DNA of 63,797 nt, counting the filler, from Octopus bimaculoides (taxonomy: Eukaryota): assembly GCF_001194135.2 (NCBI RefSeq). It is 4 parts of 4 records of this genome, joined end to end, with 100 filler letters (N's around TTAATTAATTAA, not from the genome) between each part and the next. Parts side by side here need not be neighbours in the genome. Positions count along the whole stretch, not along the records: positions 34,937 to 60,622 come from NC_068986.1; positions 60,723 to 63,797 come from NW_026299145.1; 2 more parts are not named here. The stretch is one strand, 5' to 3'. This document shows, one piece after another, positions 55,674-63,797 of the stretch. Below the pieces are notes generated by a model. That model was not told the DNA's origin and did no database searches. It saw only the letters and a program-made list of their open reading frames with translations. Position 1 is the first letter of the stretch. Every line of letters starts with the position of its first letter. Made by a program: the position numbers and the translations under genes.

Positions 55674-55840
55674 GTGTATATATGTATGACGAGCTTCTGT
55701 CAGTTTCTGTCTACCAAATCCACTCACAAGTCTTTGTCGACCCGAGGCTATAGTAGAAGACACCCAAGGTGCCATGCAGTGGGACTGAACCCAGAACCGT
55801 GTGGTTGGTAAGCAAGCTACTTACCACACAGCCACTTCTC
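55427..55840 (-). mobile_element. SINE family B, full-length
   Basis: Collinear copy with internal (CA)n(TA)n. Confidence 0.9.
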
Positions 55841-56047
55841 TACCTTTTGTTATGAAATACGAGCGTCACTAAAAAATACAAATTACGTTTTACTGCATTT
55901 TCTTCGATACTTGTGTTGTAATGAATTGAAAGCATACATTCGGCTGGCGAGAAGTTATTCCTCTTCATAAATTTTATCAGATATTGTTCCGATTTTGCTT
56001 CATCACCTCTCTTAGATATTAGTTCAAGACTTTCGCAAAAATACCAG

Positions 56048-56229
56048 AAATTGGGGAGAGAGGTGGTAAGTATTTTACATGGACACCAGTGTTTAACTGG
56101 TGCTTAATTTATCGACCCCGAAAGGTATGAAAGGTTAAGTCAATCTCGGCAAAATTTGAACTCAGAACGTAAAGGCGAAATTCCGGCAAAGCATCTTGTC
56201 CCGAGTGCTAACGAATCTCCCAGCCCACC
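56048..56229 (-). mobile_element. SINE family A, minus orientation
   Basis: actggtgcttaatttatcgaccccgaaagg...tttgaactcagaacgtaaag...gtgctaacga is the reverse complement of the family A core and head. Confidence 0.8.
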
Positions 56230-56275
56230 AAATTACGTAGCTTATGTATCAAATTAGCCTATATTTGTTCAGAAG

Positions 56276-56653
56276 TCGGCGAACTGGCAAAATCGTTCGT
56301 ACATCGGACTAAATGCTTAGCGGCATTATTGCCAGCTATTTAGGTTCTCAGTTCAAATAACGCCGAGGTTAACAATGCATTCGAGACTGTTAAGATACAA
56401 TACAACTACGATTAAAAGTTACTTTTTAAGATAAAAGGAAAGGCGGTGAGCAGGCAGAAACGTTAACATGCCAGGCTAAATGCTTAGCGGTATTTCGTTT
56501 GTCTTTATGTTTTGAGTTCAAATTCAGGCCGAGGTCAACTTTGCCTTTCATCCTTTCGGGGTCGATAAATTAAGTACCAGGTACGCAAATCCGTTTGTCT
56601 GTCCTTGTTTGTCCCCTGTATGTTTAGCCCCTTGTGGGCAATAAAGAAATAAG
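56276..56653 (+). mobile_element. Two SINE family A copies (truncated 56276-56380; tail-type-2 copy 56438-56653)
   Basis: Same head, B-box and core. The second copy ends GTCCTTGTTTGTCCCCTGTATGTTTAGCCCCTTGTGGGCAATAAAGAAATAAGA, like the 34522 copy. Confidence 0.85.
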
Positions 56654-57697
56654 ATAGAATACAACTCAAGTACTGAATTCAATGCAATGGAATTGCACCG
56701 TCTCTTCGAAATTTCTGACCTTGAACCCTGCAACGTATCAGGGTTCCGTTCTGAGGCATGTTGGGATGACGAGCACTCTTATACTATCAGAATCAGATAA
56801 TCAACCTAATGAGTCCATGAAGTTCAAGAAAACCAAAATACTTTGTGTAGAAAGTAATATTTGGGGGCTTCATATCCATGCCGTCCTCAGAAAACCTTTA
56901 GCGAAACTAGAACATCAGTGATAATAGGATTTCGACTCAAGCTAGGGCTGAAACTGCATTGCAGACTTCGGCTGCATGTAATATATTGTTTACACTCCGG
57001 AGCATGCCACGTGTTTCTGCGCGATATTGAAAATATAATAAAATTAAAAGCCGATTAAGAATGAAATTCGTCGATTTATGCAAACATTTTCAGGGTTTGG
57101 TGTGAAAGTTATCAATATAATATCTGCAATCACACCTTCCCAATGTAAGATAAACATGTATATACCTCCAGGTTTATGACGAATATATTCTGCGCATGCG
57201 CTTGCTGTAGGATAATTAGATTAATAGATGCATTTCCACCTGATATAATCCATAGAGTGAGATCAGAAGAATGGCTAGCAGAAAGCGAATATATCGAAAT
57301 AAAAATCCATTGGGTGTTGTTATGTTTTCTTATTTTTCGCAGTATTAATAGATTTATAATAGATTTGAAAAATCAATATTGACACATTAGCGAAAACAAT
57401 GGCATAAACATATTACACATACACGCACACACGTGCACGCGCGCGCACACACGCATATATAAACATTGGTACATTGATGCAAGTATCCATATTCAAGTTT
57501 GCATGCATATATATATACGCACATATGCACCGGAAAGCACAAACACGTATGGTAGGTGAGAGGCAGAGAACGAAATTTGCATGAATATATATATATGTAC
57601 ATATATATGTATAATTATAAATATATATACACATACAGACACACACATGCAAACACACACACATGCAAACACACACACACACACGCACACGTGTATG

Positions 57698-57742
<45 letters not shown>

Positions 57743-58548
57743 NNNNNNNNNNNNNNNNNNNNNNNNNNNNNNNNNNNNNNNNNNNNNNNNNNNNNNNNNN
57801 NNNNNNNNNNNNNNNNNNNNNNNNNNNNNNNNNNNNNNNNNNNNNNNNNNNNNNNNNNNNNNNNNNNNNNNNNNNNNNNNNNNNNNNNNNNNNNNNNNNN
57901 NNNNNNNNNNNNNNNNNNNNNNNNNNNNNNNNNNNNNNNNNNNNNNNNNNNNNNNNNNNNNNNNNNNNNNNNNNNNNNNNNNNNNNNNNNNNNNNNNNNN
58001 NNNNNNNNNNNNNNNNNNNNNNNNNNNNNNNNNNNNNNNNNNNNNNNNNNNNNNNNNNNNNNNNNAACAAAGTGTATATATCACCCATTGTTTAAAACTT
58101 TTCATGTTATGGAATAGTAGGTTACTTCGCATTCAAAGCAGAAAATTCTTTATAAAGCAATTCAACAATTAAGTAATTTCATATGTTAAATCGTAAAACT
58201 AATTACAACCAAAACTTTCGCCAGAATCTGAATTTCCTATATTTAAACCCAAAATCTGGCCTAAATGTCGACCCTTCTCTTACTAGCCCAAACTCTTTCA
58301 ATGGAAGTTTTTGTTTTCTTTTTTAGCATGCGCAAAGAAATTCAACTCCCTAACCTTCCATTCCGAAAAAGAAAGTTGTTGTTTCGTAACTGAACCTCCA
58401 GGATATCGTGTAGAAAAATAGAATCTATTTTTGTTTTTGTTTTTTTGTCTTAGAATCACAAATAAATAACGAACCCATTGAATGTGGTTTTATCGTGAGT
58501 ATAGTAATTGTCATACGGCGTACGCTGCTGACATACCTGAATTATTCA

Positions 58549-58763
58549 TTTCTACTCTAGGCACAATGCCCGAAACCTTTGGGAAGGGGGGCCACTATGA
58601 TGAGATCGACCCCAGTACGCAACTGGTACTTAATTCATCGACCCCGAAAGGATGAAAACCCAAATCGACATCGACGAAATTTGAACTCAGAACGTAAAGC
58701 CTGACGAAATACCGCCAAGCATTTCTCCCAGCGTGCTAACGTTGCTGCCAGTTCGCCGCCTTA
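58549..58763 (-). mobile_element. SINE family A (tail type 1), minus orientation
   Basis: tctactctaggcacaa...gatcgaccccagtacgcaactggtacttaatt..tcgaccccgaaaggatgaaa...tttgaactcagaacgtaaag...gctgccagttcgccgcc. Confidence 0.88.
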
Positions 58764-59766
58764 CCTGGAATATTGCCACGTCCGTAGGTTCCGTCAGTGT
58801 AAATTTAGCACGAGCTATAGCACAAGCTGTCGTCCATGTTGCAGCATAGGATGTAGTAGACACACAAAGAACTATTGAAACGGTCAATCACTGATGAAAT
58901 GATCAACTTGTAGTTTTTATCAAAATATTTCTAAGAGTTAAAAAGAGACGATGAGCGATGGCTAGAGAAATATTGAGCTGTGTTTTAATAATCAGTTGAT
59001 CTAGCAAGCGGGGCCTCATATCAGTGAGGGGGGCCGGTGCGCATTGATGCCGTCGAGAGGTAGGCCCCGAAACGGCGCGCATTCTCTCCTGATGACCCCA
59101 TACACTTGCTGGCTTCCGGTATGCGGAGTTCTTGACTGGTAGCACTTGCATGTGCAAGTTGTTTGCACAGAAAAATTTGAATTGGCAACCATGTTAACTT
59201 TACAACTTTGAATTACTATTATGGTGATCTTGCTTTGGAATACATTCATATATAGTAACAGGTTCCGATCTTCTATTTGTGCCAGACAATGTTTCCGATC
59301 TACTCAAAAAGTAGAAGAAATGAAGTTGAGCCTCGATGTACTATGACTGACAAAACCCTTTGTCATATTTCTATTGCCAACGTGAGATCCGCTTATAATG
59401 TCACTCTATTGTGGTCATGTGGTNNNNNNNNNNNNNNNNNNNNNNNNNNNNNNNNNNNNNNNNNNNNNNNNNNNNNNNNNNNNNNNNNNNNNNNNNNNNN
59501 NNNNNNNNNNNNNNNNNNNNNNNNNNNNNNNNNNNNNNNNNNNNNNNNNNNNNNNNNNNNNNNNNNNNNNNNNNNNNNNNNNNNNNNNNNNNNNNNNNNN
59601 NNNNNNNNNNNNNNNNNNNNNNNNNNNNNNNNNNNNNNNNNNNNNNNNNNNNNNNNNNNNNNNNNNNNNNNNNNNNNNNNNNNNNNNNNNNNNNNNNNNN
59701 NNNNNNNNNNNNNNNNNNNNNNNNNNNNNNNNNNNNNNNNNNNNNNNNNNNNNNNNNNNNNNNNNN

Positions 59767-59801
<35 letters not shown>

Positions 59802-60622
59802 TATGAACACATTTGTATGTATATGCGTATGTGTGTTCGTGCGTGTGTGTATATCATACATTCATTGCAAGCGTAGATTCAGCCGTGAACACAGATGACA
59901 GATTTATAAATGGATGGATAGATACATAAAAAGACAAACACACACATGCTTAAATGCACGCTTACATACATACATTTATACATACATTTATACATACATA
60001 CATACATCCATACATACATACATACATACATCCATATATACATACATACATCCATACATACATACATACATACATACATAGCAGAGACTGCTGCCAGATT
60101 AGGAAGTCCACTTTATTGCCGTGTAATTTGGACAAATATCTTTGTTACTGCAAATCAGTTTCGCAATACATTGGTTGCAAATCTGTTTAGACATGTTCAA
60201 ACATACGCATACATACACACACTTATGTCTATGGTAATGCGAGTGATTTCTTTGTCTGTGTTTATGCTATCGCTCTGTATGCTTTACCAATTTACTTTAC
60301 ACTTAATTTCGTTGCTTGTATATTGTTATGATTGTCCTTCATAAAATTATTCAGATTTGCTCCACTATTTAATTTTAGAAACCAAAGTTGGCTTTCGTCT
60401 TCCACCTGCTACATACGCTTAAATCTCTCCTTGAAATATCTGCGAGGCTCTCTCTGTAATGATCCTAAATAATGATGCAATTTAACAACTAATAATTCTC
60501 ACACACGTAAAAGAAATACAAAAGCACATAAGATGAGTATGCAAACATAGAACAAATGAGAATTACTTAATAATCTATATATCTAGAATCCATTCTGTGG
60601 CAATGATACAACCACTTTGTCA

Positions 60623-60722
60623 NNNNNNNNNNNNNNNNNNNNNNNNNNNNNNNNNNNNNNNNNNNNTTAATTAATTAANNNNNNNNNNNNNNNNNNNNNN
60701 NNNNNNNNNNNNNNNNNNNNNN
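60623..60722. other. Artificial 100-nt scaffold-join spacer
   Basis: N44 + TTAATTAATTAA (60667-60678) + N44. Confidence 0.93.
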
Positions 60723-61075
60723 TATGTCTGCTTTTGTCTATGTGCAAATGTGTGTATGGATAAGCCTATACGTGTTTGTGCCTATGTTCGTGTACGTCTG
60801 TGAGTATGTGTGTATTTGCGCGGACGAAGGCGCGTGTGTTTGCGCGCGTGCGCGCGATTGAATGCATTATACAAAGAGAATTCTTCGGTAGGTGCTGATG
60901 AACGGAATGGCGCAGCATCATTTATGAAGCGAATTGAAATAGACCTACATGACGGACAAAGGAACAAGACCCTTGCGGCAGCTATTGGCGACTGTCGTGG
61001 AGAAGGGAGATAATAAGGACAGAATCTATACAACTACGTATGTTTCTTTGGATATATATATATAAATATAAAGTA

Positions 61076-61118
<43 letters not shown>

Positions 61119-61243
61119 TTGTGTGCAAATAACTACGTATATATCTTTAATGAAAGATCTTCCCTGTGCCACAAACAAACATATGTCAGAATTATCTAAG
61201 CTCACATACACACGGCTATGGAATATATATATGGATATATATA

Positions 61244-61276
<33 letters not shown>

Positions 61277-61432
61277 TGTGTATATATGTATGTATTATAT
61301 ATATATCTGTATCTATATGNNNNNNNNNNATATCTTTAATGAAAGATCTTCCCTGTGCCACAAACAAACATATGTCAGAATTATCTAAGCTCACATACAC
61401 ACGGCTATGGAATATATATATGGATATATATA

Positions 61433-61465
<33 letters not shown>

Positions 61466-61512
61466 TGTGTATATATGTATGTATTATATATATATCTGTA
61501 TCTATATGTATT

Positions 61513-61586
<74 letters not shown>

Positions 61587-62109
61587 TTGTAGACATACAT
61601 AGAAGAAAATCTCTCTTCTTTCTTTCGCCCCCTCATATACATTTGTATGAATCTGCCTCTACATACATACACACACATTCACATACATACACACACATTC
61701 ACATATATATACATGTATAAACATATATGTATACATGCATGTATGTATACTTATATATGTATGTATATACTTATATACATACAGTTACCTGCATATACTT
61801 CTACATATATATGTATTAAATGCAGGTATATACATTCATATATATATATATATATGCCTGCATGTAATATATATATATAGAAGAATATACAGGTAACTGT
61901 ATGTATATAAGTATATACAGACATACTTACATACACACATACATACGTACACACACACATGCGTAGAGGCATGTGTAAGAGAGAGAGAGAGGCACACTTT
62001 AACGCGCCGGCCTTATGCTTCCCTGGAGATAGATTTCTCAAGTTGAAGAATTTTCGCATATTTTGCTCTGATTTTAAACGCCTTTCGCTTGTCATGTTCT
62101 TCGAGCAAA

Positions 62110-62838
62110 GACAACCTGGCTTATTGTTGTTGTAGCTATTGTCGTTGCTGTTGAGGCTGCTGCTGCTGCTGTTGTTGTTGTTGTTGTTGTTGTTTCTGTT
62201 GTTTTTAATGTTGTTGTTGTTATTTTTGTTGCTGTTTATTCTTGGCCTTGTTGCTGCTGTTGCCGCTACTACTACTACTACCACCAACACTATTTGCACT
62301 ACTGCTCTTGCTACTACTACTACTACTACTACTACTACCAACACTATTTGCACTACTACTACTACCACTACCAACACTATTTGCACTACTACTACTACTA
62401 CTATGGGTGATGGTGATGATAGTAGTGGTAGTAGTTGTAGTAGTCGTTGTTCATATAGTGTTAGTGGTGTTGATGATGGTGGGGGCAGTGGTGGTAGTGG
62501 TAGTTGTAGTAGCGACGACGGCGGTGGTAGTGGTGATGGTAGTGAAATACTGCTGAGAGTGCTGTTCTTGGTAATATTGCTGCTTTGGCGGTAGTGGTGG
62601 TGGTAGTAGCAGTAGTGGCAGCGGTTGGGGTTGTGGTGTTGGTGGTGGTTGTGGTGGTGGCGCTGCTGGCTGTAGTAGTNNNNNNNNNNTGGCGGTAGTG
62701 GTGGTGGTAGTAGCAGTAGTGGCAGTGGTTGGGGTTGTGGTGTTGGTGGTGGTTGTGGTGGTGGCGCTGCTGGCTGTAGTAGTAGTAGTGGTGGTGGTGG
62801 TTCTCGTTATAGTGGTGGTTGTGGCGAAAGTGGTGGAT

Positions 62839-62871
<33 letters not shown>

Positions 62872-63455
62872 ATAGTAGTAACATGACAAAAGTAACAGCA
62901 CTAAAAATAAATACAAAAAAACCTACAAAAACGACAGCAACAACACCACCAACAACAACAGCCTCAGCGGCAGCACCAGCACCATCAGCAGCTGGTTACC
63001 TGATTTCCTATACTTATACCTAGTTTATGACGTTGTATTTCGCTCTTCTGCTTGTTCATCACGTTGTTGTTGTTGTTTCCTGCCTCGGCTTTGATTTTAC
63101 ATGGAAATTCCCGTCTTAACGTTTTGTTTTTTAATGTTTTTTCCCCCCTCCTTTTTCTACGTTCTTTTCTGTTCTTTTTTTTGTTTGTTGTTGTTTTCCT
63201 TTATTACCTTGTTTGGATTTTATTTTTTATTTTATTTTATTTTATTTTATTCTATTCTATTTCATTTTTTGTTTTTGTTTTTATATTTGCTTTCCCTTCC
63301 TTTTTCTCCGTTCCGTTCCGTACCGTTCCGTACCGTTCCGTTCCGTTTCGTTTCGCATTCCTTTTCGTTTCGTTTAGTGCTTCACCTATGAATATTTCGC
63401 AGGCAGCATGCGTAATGCCAGTGTTAACAACAACAACAACAGTAATAGTAGCAGC

Positions 63456-63486
<31 letters not shown>

Positions 63487-63797
63487 ATAAGACAATAATA
63501 ATAATAATAAGGATAATGAGAAGAAAAAGAAAGAAAACTAGTAAGAAATAATAGTAATGCTGTTGATGATGAGGCTGATGATGATGATGATGAGGATGAT
63601 GATGATGAGGATGATGATGTTGAAGATGAGGGTGATGATGTTGATGATGAGGATGATGATGATGATGAGGGTGATGATGTTGAAGATGATGATGATGATG
63701 GTTTCTTTTATATGCCATAGGGATATCAGATGATAATATTAATAATATTAATAATATTGATGACGATGATGATCGTAATGATGATCATAATGGTGGT
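62110..63797. repeat. Low-complexity trinucleotide region (GTT, ACT, GGT, GTA, GAT), with three copies of a CCAACACTATTTGCACTACT unit (~62280-62395) and a (TTCCG)n run (~63308-63355)
   Basis: Directly visible. Confidence 0.9.

Noticed and set aside
58985-59423. GC-richer block with ...ISIANVRS... (LINE endonuclease-like) or a signal-peptide-like reading
   Set aside because: Too short, interrupted by stops and cut by an N gap; no confident assignment.
61141-61507. ~180-bp direct duplication
   Set aside because: The two copies are essentially identical and separated by exactly 10 N, typical of overlapping contig ends; likely an assembly artefact.
62588-62790. ~92-bp direct duplication in GGT/GTA-rich sequence
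   Set aside because: Again split by a 10-N gap, with one mismatch that may be allelic; likely an artefact.

Overview
AT-rich animal genomic DNA packed with microsatellites and SINEs. The repeat families and sequence style suggest a coleoid cephalopod, probably Octopus (inference). The window is at least four assembly pieces joined by identical N44-TTAATTAATTAA-N44 spacers (5899-5998, 34837-34936, 60623-60722). The only well-supported host gene is the 3' two exons of a minus-strand nicotinic acetylcholine receptor-like subunit (27413-27948 and 23396-24030, clean GT/AG junctions). It looks alpha9/alpha10-like in sequence and intron positions, with an intact Cys-loop and a cation-selective M2. 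However, loop C has lost the vicinal Cys-Cys while keeping both loop-C tyrosines at the canonical spacing, making it an atypical non-alpha subunit. I could not find its 5' exons. The rest is simple repeats, several tRNA-derived SINE families, RTE and CR1/Jockey-type LINE remnants, and Tc1/mariner and pogo remnants. There is also a ~170-bp tandem array and a 587-bp foldback element with 37-bp TIRs, an 8-bp TSD and a (TAACCC)4-TA-(GGGTTA)5 telomere-repeat palindrome inside it. Nearly all other ORFs in the track come from simple repeats or N runs. I do not see evidence for a wholly new multi-gene system; the receptor and the foldback element are the best leads.
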